Of a DNA stretch of 64,000 bases, positions 24,701 to 39,700 are shown piece by piece. The position numbers and the translations under genes were made by a program. The stretch lies in the IMG/VR virus record IMGVR_UViG_3300020281_000010; one strand, given 5' to 3'. Each line of letters starts with the position of its first letter. Position 1 is the stretch's first letter. The notes under the pieces are model-generated. The model saw only the letters and a program-made list of their open reading frames with translations, had not been told where the DNA came from and made no database searches. The DNA is from a virus.

Positions 24701-27700
24701 ACAGTTACTATCTACGGTGCAAACCCAACTGTGTTCAATGGAACCTTCTTGGTTACATCCCGTATCAATGCTACTCAGTTTGAATACAACATCCCTGCTC
24801 CTGCTCCTAATGCTCCACAGGGTAATATCCTTCTTTCTGTTGACCTGAACAAAGGTAAGTCTTCAGAAGAGGGTATCAGCGTTGCTATCAGAGACTTTAC
24901 TACCAACGTACAGAATACATTCTTCAACGATAGGTATGCATACATTGCATCCTCTGGTATTCCTAACTATCAAGTTGGTCCTTTTGTGGGATCTGCGCTA
25001 CTTCCTGGTAACCAACGTAAGTTGATCCGTATCCCTAGAGTTATCAATACAATCTCTAGACGTACAGATACAACATTTGGTCCTATCGGTGCTTGGGTTA
25101 ACGGTGTATCAACTTGGTCCTATAAGTCTGAGACTAAGATCAAGTTTGGTGGATTGACTGGTATAACTATTGATAACCCTGGTCAAGGATATGACGCTGC
25201 TAATCCTCCTATTATTGAGATTAATGGTGGCGGTGGATCTGGTGCTAAGGCAAGTGTTGTTGTTAACGGTGCTTTAAGTGAAATCGAAGTTTCTAACGGG
25301 GGTACTGGTTACACTTCTAGTCCTCTTGTTTCTATCGTGGGTGGTGGTGGATTCGGCGCTACTGCTACCGCTGTTATTACCAATGGTGTAGTATCAAAGA
25401 TTCTGGTTGAAACTCCAGGTCAAGGATATACATCACAACCTGACGTTTCTGTCTCTGGTGGAGGCGGTACTGGATGTACTGCGACTGCACAGGTGCGTGG
25501 TCCTATCCAATCTGTAAATGTAGACACAGCAGGTTCAGCGTACACATCTTCTCCTGACATCAAACTAAACTCTGGTGAGGGTGCTGTTGCTCAACCTATT
25601 ATCATTAACGGTAGAATCGTTTCTATCGCTATCATTGCAGCAGGTAGAGGATATACCACTGCTCCTGAGATTGTGATCAATGGAGACGGTTATGGTGCTA
25701 TTGCAAGAGCAACTATTGGTGCTGTTGGTGAAGATAGAGGTAAGGTTATCGGTGTTACTGTTGTAAACAGAGGTGTAGGTTACACTACTGGTAATACAAC
25801 TGTCCGTCTAGATGCGGTTGGTGAGATGGCAGAGTTCACTGCAACTGTGTTTGAGTGGACTAGAAACCTTCAAGATGAACTTGGACAGAACTTTGATACA
25901 GCACGTGGTTATGTGTTTGCAGGTTATAACACACAGTATGGTGGTGAATATGCACACCTTTCTGATCCTAAGCAACTAAGATACGTTCTTGGTGACAACG
26001 TATTCAAGAATCAGTCAACTCAGCAACTACAAGAACTTACAACTGGATACCAACACTCTCCTATTTTGGGTTGGGCTTTCGATGGTAACCCTATCTACGG
26101 ACCTTACGGTTACATTGATGCCACTGACCAGTCATCTGGTATTAGAAGAATTCGTTCATCCTACAGAATTAAACCCGCACTCATCTATGATGCTGCGACA
26201 AACTTGAATCCTGTTCGCGCAGATGGTCCTCTTCTTAGCGATTACATTGCAGGATCCTTTATTGATGACTTTGAATATGTGTTCCAAGAGGGTGATCTAG
26301 ACCAGTATAATGGTCGTTTCTGTAAGACTCCTGAATTCCCTGAAGGTGTTTACGCATATTTTGTATCAATCGATGCATCTGATGCAGGTAACCCTGTATT
26401 CCCATACATTTGTGGTCCTCAACTGTACTCCTCACCTGATGAGTGGAACTTCTCTCAGGATGCTGTACAGACAAATATCCCTGCTGACGTTGTTAGATTC
26501 CGTGATCCTTACGAGGATGTGGATATTGATATTGATCGTACACCTAACCAAGCAACTGACACTCTTGTTACTGAACTTGGTGAGGATCTTATCTTTGAAA
26601 TCGAAGATACTAACAGAGACGGTCTCATCAATAACGATGAAGCGACTACACCTATTCAGATCACTGAAGAACCCGTACTACAATTATTTGATTACTACCC
26701 TAAAGTCTCCACAAGATCTGTTGTTGACATCGATATTGAGACTACGACTAAGTTTGAAGACGCTAAAGTTGATGGATTTGTGGTTGAGAACCCAGGTGTC
26801 TCCTACAAAGTCAATGATAAACTCTTCTTTGATAACGAAGGAACTGATGGTTTCGGAGCCTCTGCAAAAGTTGAGGCAGTTAAGGGTCTAGACATTGCAG
26901 GTTATAGTTCATATATCCAGAATGATCTTCCATATGGACGCATCACTACTGCAACTGAGCACGAATTGCGTCTAGATGACCAGATCATCGTTACTAGTAC
27001 ACCTATTCTTGATGACACTAACAAGACATTCAAGGTAAAAGTTATCTCTGGTGTAGAAAGAGTTACTATTGATCAGGAAGGTCTTGGTTATTCTGAGGAC
27101 ATTCCTCCTAGTTACGAAGTTATCACTAACTCTGGACAAGACTTTAACATCAATATCAATAGAGATGAAGGTGGTGCTGTAAGAACTGTTGATATTATCA
27201 ACTCTGGTTCAGGATATGATAAGGACAATCCACCTCAAATTCGTGTTTCTCATCCTCAAAGATTTAAGAAAGCAAGTTATTTCCTCTCACTTCTAACAGA
27301 AGCAGGTTCTACTGTTACTATTAATGATATTAAGGTTGCTGATGATCGTACTTTCTATGTTGCAGGTCAAACAACGGTTGTAGATGGTAATACAGCAGGT
27401 GTTCTTGCTAAGTTCAATAGTGATGGTAGATTGCTTTGGAAGCGTACTCTAATTCCTACTGTTCCTGCAAACTCTGATAAGTCACTGTCTTGGAAGGCAG
27501 TTCACATTGAAAACAGTAATCCTCACAACATTTACGTGATTGGTGAGACTGTTCCTAACGTTGGTAATCTTACTCACAACCCTGACATTGTTGTTGCTAA
27601 GTATCAATCAGGTTTTGATAATGCTAACAACCCTGATGGTATTATTCAGTGGCAGCGTGACATTGCAGGTATCTCTGGTTCTACTAGAAGAGACTATGCT

Positions 27701-30700
27701 TCTGACATCAGACTTGACCAAGACGGTCGAGTGATGATTGCAGGTTATACAGACTCTAACTCTACTGCACCTGACGATATGTGGGTCGCATTGTTAGATC
27801 TTGATGGATCTATGATGGAGAAGCGTAAGATTGCTTCTGCTGCAGGTAGTGAGCATCTTCATAAGATTCAGTGGAGAACAGATGATACATTCCTCTTCTG
27901 TGGTATCTCTGACCCTGCAGGTGATGCTAACATTATTATTGGTGAGACATATTACGATACTGCTACTATCGAGGTTCAGTGGTCTAAGCAAATCGAATCT
28001 GGTGCTTACCAGTTTGCTGATCCTACCTTTACTATTGATGAATATGGTTCAGTTTATGTAACTGCAACTGCTATTGATACAAATGGTAAGAACTATGGCG
28101 TTCTCTACGCTAAGTTTGATAATCAAGACTATACAGCAGTATCTCTTGCTAAGATGTACGTTCCTACTGGAACTTACACCTCTATTAAGAATGCAGGTGT
28201 TTCTTTTGACGTATTTGGTAATATTGACATCAGTGCTGTTGTAGAAAGAGATTTCAACGCTGTTCAATCAATTACTGCCAAGATTTCTTGGAATACTGGT
28301 GCTGTTCTCTCTGCTGCTGAGGTAACAGAGACCAACGGTATTGGTTATCATCCAACTTGTGTTGCAAACGACAACTCTGGTGATACTATTGTTGCAGGTA
28401 ATAAGGTTGAAGCAGATCAACTTGCCATCTTCAACTGGAACACTGCAGACAATCTTTTTGATGAAACATATAATGACATCCTAAGAACTGGTTCAAATAA
28501 GCAGTGGGCTGCCTCAGGCAACGCTGTTATCGATAATACTAAGTTCTACAACGGTGCATCTTCACTAAAACTTGATGCTCCTAACTCAATGCTACTTCAG
28601 TACAGCACAACTGCTGATCAAAGTGTTGAGTGGACAATGGAAGGTTGGTTTGCTCTTGGTAATACTCAATATGCTGCACAAGCATCTAAACCAGAATTCT
28701 TCGGTATTGTCTCTCAGTTGACACAAGAAGTTAAGGTTGGTGTTGATGGTACCTCAAGTAGTGCTAATTTTGGTAAGATTTTCCTTGATTTGAATGGATC
28801 TACCTCATACTCTACTGGTACAACATTCTGGACTGCATTTAACTCTGAGGCGTGGGTTCATATTGCTATTTCTAAGGAACGCCCTGGTGTTGGTTCTTAC
28901 ATCTATCGTATTTACGTTAATGGTGTAGAGGCACATTCAGTTAACAGTTCTACTGTTGACGTTAACTTGATGCAGGCAACACTTGGTCCTATCTCAACTC
29001 CAAGTTCTACTAACAACTGGATTGGTTGGATTGACAACTTTGTTGTTACACCTTCTGCTAAGTACACAGATGCATTCACTGCAGGACTTGTTACTGGTAC
29101 AAACTCAGTATCTAAGGCATTCATTTATAAGATTGACAAAGATAAGACAAAACTTGGATCGTTCTCCCTAAACAATGTAGAGGCAGGACATACCCTAAAC
29201 GTCGCCGCAGGAAGCAATTATACGTTTAATACCCAGTCAGTTTCTGTTAACCCTTGGATTATGGGTCCTGCGGGTATTCAGATTCTTGATTACTCAGATG
29301 TTGTATCGACTCATATCCCTGGAGTCTATACTATTACATCTACTGATGAAGCATATGCAAGTAGAACTGCAACTATTCCTACACAAGGTGGTAAGAAACT
29401 ACTGCTCACCACTAAGGTTATTCCTAAGTTCTACATCAGAGATGCAAGATACTCAAGTATTGACCTTGTAAAGACTATTACATTCAACCAGAATGCTTCC
29501 TTTACTAAAGGATCTGTTCTTCAACAGTATTCTGTTATTGGTGGTAACGATGTTGTATCTGCATATGGTACTGTTGTTGAATCTGGATCTAATTCTTGTA
29601 AAATTGGTAAGATTATTGGTAACTTCGACACAACTAAACTGTTGAAGTCTACTGCAGGTGATGTGAACGAGATGGACAAAGAGTTCACCGTTCAAACTAC
29701 AACTCCTGTTTGGCAGCAAAATCAAAACTATGCTGTTGGTGATGTTGTTTATAACGATGGTAAGATCTATACATCTGGTACTGCTGCAACTGCAGGTGCT
29801 ATTGCTCCTACACATACATCAGGTACTGTCTCTGACGGTAACATCAACTGGGCGTTTACAAGCGTTGCAGGTATCTTCTCAGTAGATTTGGCGAATAGTG
29901 TACACGGATCTGGCACTCTTGCACAGTTTGCATCTTGGAAACCTTTCGATGCTGCTGACTATACTATCAAAATTCAGCAGATCTATCCTGATTCATCCTT
30001 TATTAAGGGTGACACCATTGACGCTGATGCTGTTAACTTGACATTTGAAGTTGATACAACTGGTAAGATTGCAACATTCGGTGGTCTTGTCGGTGTTAAG
30101 CAGTTCAATCTTCAGGCAAAACTTAACAAAGACGTTGTTCCTTCACAGGCACTGACAAATACTGATCTTGTTTACTGTTCTGCTACTAGTAGACATAACT
30201 TCTCAGCAAATGACATCATCTTTACTGAGAGATTTACTACTAATGAGTACAATGGTTCATTCTTTGTGGAAGAAGTATTCACTTCTAGAGACTTCACATA
30301 CAAATTAAGAAGCACTGCTGTTCAGGATCCTACATTCTCTGGACAAGGTTCTTCTGTTTCGAACATTAATATCTACGCTAAGCATCCTAAGTTCCTATTT
30401 GTTAGAGGACATCAGTATATCTTTGACCTTGATGACCCATCTAACCTTGGATACTTCTTATCATTCTCTAAAGATAACCAGTATAAACTGGAATATCCAT
30501 TCATTAACATCATTAGAGAGGGTACACCTGGATTTACTGATGATGATTCACCAACTCCGTTGGTTAAATTCATCATTAATGATGATGTTACTAACATTTC
30601 ATACTACTTTGACCCATCTAGAACCACAGCAGACGACTCTCCTGTTGGTGAAGGATCATTTATTGACGTTATTCAGTCTCCTTACCAAGGTACATTTACT

Positions 30701-33700
30701 ATTAACAGAGTTTCTAATGATGGATTGGAGTTTGACTTCCCACTTTTGGTTGAACCAGAGAAATCTAACGCTCCTGTCGGTAATGATGAGTTCGGAAACC
30801 AACGTTCCTTCTATTCTACAACCTCACTCAAGGCGATTGGACCTATTGCAACCATCAAACTGGTAAACCCAGGTGGATTCTACCAAAAACTTCCTATTGT
30901 TACCGATATTTCATCCAATAGAGAGATTGAAAAGGTTCGTATCCTGAATGGTGGTACTGAATATGTTAACGGTGTCTATTATAACGTTCCTATCGGTGGA
31001 GATGGTGAAGGTGCTTCTTGTAATATTACAGTTACCGATGATGGAGACTTCGAAGGTGTCATCACTGATGTTGTTTTGACATCAGCAGGTAAAGGTTATA
31101 CCACAGCATCTATCGACGTTGATGCTATTCCTGGCATTCTTGGACCTCTTCTTGCAGGTTCTGGTGCACAACTTGAGGTTGTGATTCCTTCTGAGGGATC
31201 TGGCGCATCTGTGTTCTTACAAGGTAGGTCAATCGGACGTATCAAGAAACTTAAGAACAATGAATTTGGTTTCGGTTATTCTCACGACTACACTCTGAGA
31301 CCTGAAATCACTTTCCCCGTGAACCTTCAGTTGTTTAATACCGCTATTCTTGCAGAAATCAAGATTACAGACCCTGGTTCTGGATATACCTCAACTCCTG
31401 CTGTTGTAATCGAAGGTGGTGGTGGAACAGGTGCTGAAGCAGAAGCAGTCGTCAAGAACAATAGACTTTCTGAAGTTATCATCAAAGATCCTGGTGCAGG
31501 ATACAGTTCTGAACCTTCAGTCACACTTAAGTCAGAATTTAACTACGTTGTTAACATTGACTTGGGTTACCTACAGTTTAACTTCCCACACGGTATTACA
31601 ACTGGTGCTGAAATTCAGTTGAGAGCAGAAGACCTTGGATCTACAGTTGGTATCCTTCCAAAACCAAGTTCTGCAGGTTTGGTTAGTTTGTCTTCTAGTC
31701 AGACTTATTATGCTATCGCAGGTGAAGCAAACGGTCTTGAATCTGACCAACTTCGTATCTCACTGACTAAACTTGATGCTGAATCTGGTTCTTACATCAC
31801 ATTCTTGACACAGGGTGAAGGTAGACAGATTCTCTTGACTGAAGTGTTTGGTGGTCAAGCAACTGCTATTGTTGAAACTTCAAGATTCCTTGAGGGTGAA
31901 CTTGTTTATCAGGGTTCATCTCTTGAACTTGCATCTGCAACTGGTTACGTTTCTACTAACCAAGGTTGGCAGATTGGACCTAGAATCCTGAAACTTGAGA
32001 ACTATAAAGGTGTTTGGACTCCAGGTGAGCGTGTAACTGGTGAGGTTTCTCGTGCTTCTGGTTTGATTGACAATCTCTCAATCGCTCGTGGTACTCTTAA
32101 TATTGACTCTCTAACCAACACACCTGGTCAGTTTATTGATGACGTTGGTAAACCTTCTGAGATCGTCCAGAAAATTCAGGACTCTTACTTCTATCAGAAC
32201 TTCTCTTACGTTATTAAGTCTGAAACACCTATTAACCAGTGGAGAAAACCAGTTCTTGAGACAAACCACCCTGTTGGTTTTAACCTCTTCGGTGAATTGG
32301 CAATCACAGGTGGTAAGGATATTTCAGGAAGAAAAGTTGTTTCTGATCTGATTAAAGAAGTTAATATCAACGCATTTACTAATATTAACCAGATTACATC
32401 ATTTGCTAACGCACAACCAATCTATACTCAGTTTAACAACACTGAGGTGCTCTTCAGACAGAAGAGATTAACTAACTCTGAGGAAATTCTAACTTCTATC
32501 GTTAAGAAGATTGATAACGTTTCAGATGATTTTGATGGTGTAAGAACTCAGTTCCCACTGAATGTTGAGGGTAGTTCTATCACTGCAACTGAAGATCAGA
32601 TGTTTGTTCTTCTTAATGGTGTTGCACAGTCTCCTGGAGATTCATTCTCTACTTCAGGTCCTTCTATTGTGTTCTCCGAACCTCCAAAGGCACCTTCTAG
32701 AATTAAGTTTAGAAATATTACCTTTGCTCAACTACAAATCACTCGTTTAACATTCAGTGTTATCGGTGGTATCTTCCCGTTGACTGGTAACAGAGTTAGA
32801 GGTCTTGTTTCAGAGGCAACTGCAACTGTAATCGATTCTGGTACTGATTACATTGATGTTATTAACATTGAGGGCACTTTCCAGTCTGGTGAGTCAGTTC
32901 TTAACAGTGCTACTGGATTCAACTCCACTCTTGATACTGTAAATCCTGTCACATCTAAGACTATCTTTGAACAGGGTGAGAGAATTACCAACCTACAAGG
33001 TAAGTTTGCAATTATTGAAGAAAACAACCTTGATGATGGTACTATCAACGATTCTCTAGTTGTTTCTAGAACATCTGGTACTGCTAAGTTTGAAACTGGT
33101 GAATTTGAAATCAAGTTCAACGATGTCATCTATTCTGCAAGATCTAACATTGCAGCAACTGTTTCTACTATCTCTCCTTATCAGGATGAGGTTTCAGAGC
33201 AGATCATTGATACTGTTGACTTGTCACCTTCATCTAGTTTCTTTGCTCTTGTCTTCCAGAGAGTTCCTTCAATTACATATCCGAACGTTATTCTTGATGA
33301 CATCGGTGAGACTGTTATTAACCCAACTGAACTCTATGATGCTGAGTCACCTAACAACCAAGACTTCCTAGATTTCGAATCTGTTAGAAACCAAGAGATT
33401 CGTTATGACGGTCTAGTTGGTACTGACTTTGCACCTGGCACTAACATCAGACTTAAGAAGATCTACTTCGGTAACTCATCTATTAGAACTGTACCCGACA
33501 CCCGTGCTAACAACGCTGCAGAGGCACTAGTTAAGAACGCTAAATTCATCGCTGAAGAAGCGGTGGGTAGGATGTTGGCTTTCTACCCCTCCTTTACCGT
33601 TCCTACAGGTAAAGTTAATTGTGAGGACGACATCGTTGATATGCTCAATCTAATTGCTTGGCAACTTGAGCACGATGGTAACTCTGAAGTCTGGGATGCT

Positions 33701-36700
33701 GCAAACTTCTATGTTCAGAACAATACCATCTATCACGTTGATGGACAGGTTCCTCAGACTGTATATGCAATGAATCAGGCGAGAGATCTCGCTAACCAGT
33801 GCATCAATATGATTGACATCACCACAGAGCACACATCATTGTCTCAGTGGAAAGATCTTACCATTACTCCTGAATATGAGGTTGTAAGTAATAGTCACGG
33901 TGACGCTAGAACCTTGTTGCTTGCTAACAAATGGTTCATTGCATATGAGTCACTTCACTATGCTAAGACCCAAAACCCAGGATATAACGTATCTGGTGGA
34001 GATGAGCATTGTCTCTCTGACATCGTAGATGTTGTTGAAGCACTTGCTTATAACGTTGCCCACGGTGGTAATGATTTCATCTGGGAAGCAACAGACAGAA
34101 TTCTTCACTACGGTGTAACATCTGGTGATAGAGACACTATTGTCAACTCCTTTACGAAGGCAAAGGCAATGTCTCTTGATATTATGAGAAATATTGCTGT
34201 TACCAAGGCAGGATCACACGGTTGGAACCAAGTAACTATTTCTATCACTGCTGACCCTGCAAACCCAACTTGTCAGGCAGTTGCTGCTTCTATCACAACA
34301 TTGATGGATATTCTCATCAATGCTCTTGGTACAACTGCATCTCCAGGAACTAGAGCAGCATTCCAAGCAGCAGTTACTCAAACTGCTCCTCAGGCAGACT
34401 ATTCACAAGGTAGAACAACAATTCCTAATGCAAACGCTTGTGTTGCTCAGACATCTGCTGTTGCAAACTTCTTCAGAATCATTACTGATACTTTACAAGA
34501 TCCTACTGGTGCTGATCCTACTACTTACCAGTGGTCTATTAGTAATGTTCCTAGAATTGCACCTGCGTACACCTTCGAAGAGGGTGAGACAATTCGTTCT
34601 ATCAAGCATTCTTATAAGGACAAATCATCTGGTGGATTCTTCAACTTCGGTCAAACACTGAAAGGTGTATCTTCAGGTGCTGTTGCAGAGATCATTGGAA
34701 CCAATGCAGGTAGTAAGTGGGTCTATACAAAGGGTGTTACTGGTTCATTCACTGATGATGAGTACATTACAAACTCCACAATCACCTATAACAACGTTAC
34801 TGTTGACAAATTGAACCCTGGAACTGGCACTGGATCACTAGAATTCAGTGGTACATCTTCTAGAATCAATCACGCTTCCAATGCTGCATTTGCATTTGGT
34901 GCTAATGATTATACCGTTGAGATGTGGATCTATCCTACAGGCGTATCTGGAACACAGAGACTCTTCGATTTCAGAACTGCATCCAGTAGTAACGCTGCTA
35001 CAGTGTTCTTACAGGGTACATCACTGAAGTTTGGTATTGCCACAACTGACCATATTACTGCTGCAGGTGCTATTCCTACTGCAAATCAGTGGTATCACAT
35101 TGCTGTTTCCAGAGCATCTAACATTACTAAGTTGTTTGTCAATGGTCAACCTGTTGGTTCTGATTATACTGACGCTTCTGTTTATGGTGACTCACCAATC
35201 GCTGTTGGTGCATCTTGGAACAACGGTGAGACTTTCACAGGTAACATTGATAACTTTATTGTTAGAAAAGGAACCGCCAGCTATTCTAGTGGGTTTATAC
35301 CCCCCACCGTTTACGATTTCCGTGCACTTGACATCTCATTCGGTTTCAATGGCGAAGCACCTTTCCCTGTAGAACTTGCTGCTGTTTACGCGACATATCA
35401 ACAGACTATCATCTCCTCTGCTAACGCTGATGGTGTTGAACTCTGGCGTGAAGAGATTATGACCGAGGAAATTGATGTTTCTCGTGATATTTACAGAGAT
35501 TGTGCTGATATTATTGAAAAGAACCGTTATTGGATTGCAGAAGAAGCAGTTGGTCGTATGAAGGAGAAGTATCCTGCATTCGTCATTCCAGGTGACACAG
35601 GAACATCTACTCAAGGTACTGATAAGTGTATTCGTGACACACATTCATTCATCATTCCTGCAATCGTTAATGATCTTAAATTAGGTGGTAATTTCAATAC
35701 TATCGTTGCAGGTCGTGGATATTTGGAAGGATCAGGTGCTCTGAAGCACGTTAACGGTGAACTTCTACAGTCAATCTACGCCTGGCGTGAAGTTGCCAAA
35801 CTTTGCATCGACATTATTACCAAGAATGAAGATGATTTGACTGGAGAATACACACAACGTGTTCGTATTCCTAATTACTTCTCAACTCCTGCACCTTCAG
35901 CGATCCAGACATTCATTATGGATCTTGTCGATGATATGTTGGATGTGATGGCACCTACTGGTCACAGATTCCGTGACGGTGCTGACCTTCTTTACTTCAA
36001 CCGTGCAGTGATTGCTGATGAAGCAGTCTCTATGATGGAGCAAGAATGGAACGTTATGATCAACTTTATCCAACAGGATAAGATCGACATTCCTAGCAGA
36101 GCGAAGTGTGTTAGAGATATTAGAGATCACATCGTTCCTGCTGTTGCAGGTGACCTCCTAACTGGTGGTAACTCAAATATTCAGGGTATGATTGATTCTT
36201 ACCTTGATTCACAAAGCAATATCAACTACATCGAAGATGAGTTGTTGGCAATGCTTGATGCTCTTGAGCACGTGAAGTTCCTTTCAAATAAAGCACTTCA
36301 GAACCTCTTGGTTGGTAGAAATGAGAACATTGCTAATATTGCAGGTACAACTCCTAATACTGTTGATGATTTCTATCAACTTCAGTATAGTGATCTGACT
36401 GCATACAGAAAAGAGTATGATGCTACTGTCAACTACGATCTGACTGATAGTATTATCACTGAGAGCACCTTCTATCCTCCTGATCCTAAGATCTTCCAAG
36501 GCACTCACAGAGCACTTGATTCTGCCAATATTATTGAAAGAAATGCTCGTACTATTGCTGCTGAGGCAGTTGACATTGTAACCAAGACCTCTGCATTCAA
36601 GCATTACAACTTTAGAGTTCCTGGTGGTAAGGTTCACTGTGAAGACGACATTGTTGATTTCATCAACTCTGTTGCTCACGACTTGAGATTCTCATCTAAC

Positions 36701-39700
36701 AGTGAAGTATATGATGCTGCAGCACTCTATCTGAATACAGATATGGGTCTTAAGCACGTCACTGGTCAGTCACAAGAGACAATCTATGCCTATAAGATGG
36801 CAAGAGATATGTCAATTCTCGCGATCCGCAATAAACTTGGGTTTACTCCCTTCGAGGATGTCAACCTTGGCGGTGGCGGACTTGGAGGCGGTGGCGGTGG
36901 TGGTGCTCCTCGCGGTGATTATGATAATAACGCTACTACTAACAAAGACTACGATGCAGGTAACGAGATCCTCAATAATTTGAGATTCATCGCTTCTACT
37001 GCTGTAGGACGTGGATATGCTCAGTATCCTAACCTTACATTTGGTGGTTATGGTTATCAGTCTTGTATCGATGATGTTATTGACATCCTTGAAGCAATGG
37101 CTTGGAACCTCAAGCACGGTGGTAATAACAAGGTTTGGTATGCAACTGAGTTCTACATTACTGATCAGAACGCTATTCAGCACATCAACTCACAGTCTAC
37201 TGAAGTTAGGTACATCTTCGAGCAGGCACGTGACATCGCTATTCAGGTGATGAGACAGCAGTTGGTTGAAGTTAATGGTTACACTGAAGGTTATGCTCAA
37301 TATGACACTACTATTACTATTGACTCTAGCAGTTCATCAACTGGTCAGTTAACTCCTACAAACGCAACTTACAATCCTGCAACAGGTGATTTGACCTTGA
37401 CTAAGACTGGTCACGGTCTAGTGGCAGGTGATGCTGTTCAGATTGCAACTTATGGATTGAAGTTTACTTGTGACTTTGATAGTAATCAATCAGAGCATAC
37501 TTATCCAAGACCTCTTGATCCTTCAAACGGTGCTCTTCTCCCCGTTACAAGTTCTACAAGTTCTACATTTACAGTCAATGTTGGTACAACTACTAACGTT
37601 AACTACGATGTAACCAACGCAATATACAATGAAACAAATGGTGATTTGTACCTTGACATCGGTACTAACAACTTAGATGTTGGTAGACATATCAAATTGC
37701 CTGATAATGCAATTACATTCACTTGCACAATGGATGGCAATGGTTCAAACCATTCATATCCTCGTTCTAGTGACTATGCATCAGGTAAATCTCTAACTGT
37801 TCTTGAGATTGGAGATTCTACATTTACTGCAACTGATGCAGCATATGTTCCTTCAACTGGTGTTCTTACACTTACAGTTCCTAACCACGGGTTCGCTAAC
37901 GGGGACAACATTCAGATTGTTAACAATTCTCTGAACTTCACTTGTGATATGGACAACAACTACACTGTTCATTCATATCCTCGTGTATCTGACCCTGCTG
38001 CTAACAAGTATCTTCCTGTTGGTAACGTAACTACAAATACATTCACTGTAAACGTTGGTACTACAGGTACAGTTAACTTCACTCCTACAAACGTTGCATA
38101 TAATCCTATAACAGGAAATATGGTTCTCACTTTGGGTGAAGGTCACGGTCTTGTTACTGGATCACATCTTAAGATTCAACCTAACTCACTTACATTTACT
38201 TGTGAGGAAGACGATAACGCAACCAACCACTCATATCCTAGAACTACAACTACAACTCATACAGTTACAGGTGCTGATTATGATGGTACAACTGGTATTA
38301 TGACGCTGACTATTCCTCAGCACGGGTTCTCTAATGGTGATCAAATTAAGATTGCTGACAATGGAATTACATTTACCTGTGCTCAGGATGGTAATAATAG
38401 TAACCACTCTTATCCAAGAAGCAGTGACCCTGCATCAAACTCTTGGTTGGAAATCTCTAACGTAACTGCTAATACCTTCAAGGTTCAGGTTCTCCTTTCT
38501 GATGGTATTCCTTCAACCAATGTTACTGCACATACATTTGTTTCAGCAACATCTGGTGGTGTTACTTGGAAGAAGGATAGAGCATACGATGTTCCTCTTG
38601 AAGTTACTGCTGCTACTGCAACTACAGTCACAGTCAACGTTCTTGCCTCTGGTAGAACTCCTTCAACCAATACAACTACTCACACATTCGTAAGTGCTAC
38701 AACCAACGCAATCTCTGCAGGTGGTAACTATACTCACACATTTACAAGTGCAGTTGCAGACGGGATCAGATTTAAGAATGGTCGAATCAAGGTTAATGTT
38801 AACCCTGCACCTTCTAATCAACAGTATCCTCATACATTCGTATCTGCTGTATCTAACGCTGTACAGGGTGGTGGTAACTATAACCACACATTCGTCAGTT
38901 CTACAACTAACTCAATTAGTTGGATCACAGGTGGTGGTGGAGCAACAAGATGTGCTACACAGGCATCTGCTATCACAACATTGATGGGAATTACTATAGA
39001 TCTGTTCAACAGTGGTACAAGTAACCCACAAAATTACATAGATGGCGTTGCCCGTACGTTGCCTGGCGAGTGGCCTCTAACAGGTGAGCGTGCTGCTGTT
39101 CGTGATTTGACTATTACATATGATCAGGCAGGATCTGGTGCTTGTAACGTTGAGTCTTCAACTATCAGTTCTCTCTTCGATATTGTTATCGGCGTTGTTA
39201 AAGATGCTGCTGCAGGCAATGGTAGTTACTTCACTAACCAAGGTATTACTAGAAACGCACCTGTACAGAACAACACTCTACTGTTTGGTGGTGGTACTTG
39301 CTATAACGTAACATCTGCTGCCAACGTTCTCTTTGATCTTCTTGAGGATACATTAGGATCTGCTCCTGAAATGTATCGTCAAGCATCACGTCTTATTGCA
39401 ATTAACGATCTCTACATCAATAGAGAAGCATACTATAAGACAATGAATCAGTATGCAGGATATACTGGTGATCAAACATTTGGTGATGCTATTAGAAAAG
39501 CATACATTTACGATATGTTGACAGACGGTAATGCTATGACCGTCCAGTTAATCAATAGTTGGTTTGATGCCGAGGGTAATTTCGTCGCATTCCCTAACAT
39601 CTTCAGAACCTATCTAATCTTCCACGCAGAAGCAACCACAGATATGATCACTCATATCCTTAGTGGCACTGCTCCTGAACCTGGAACTTATAATATGGAG

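Noticed and set aside
36859-36906. Gly-rich GGN run as a phase-variable repeat
   Set aside because: Mixed codons in frame with no homopolymer; an ordinary flexible linker.
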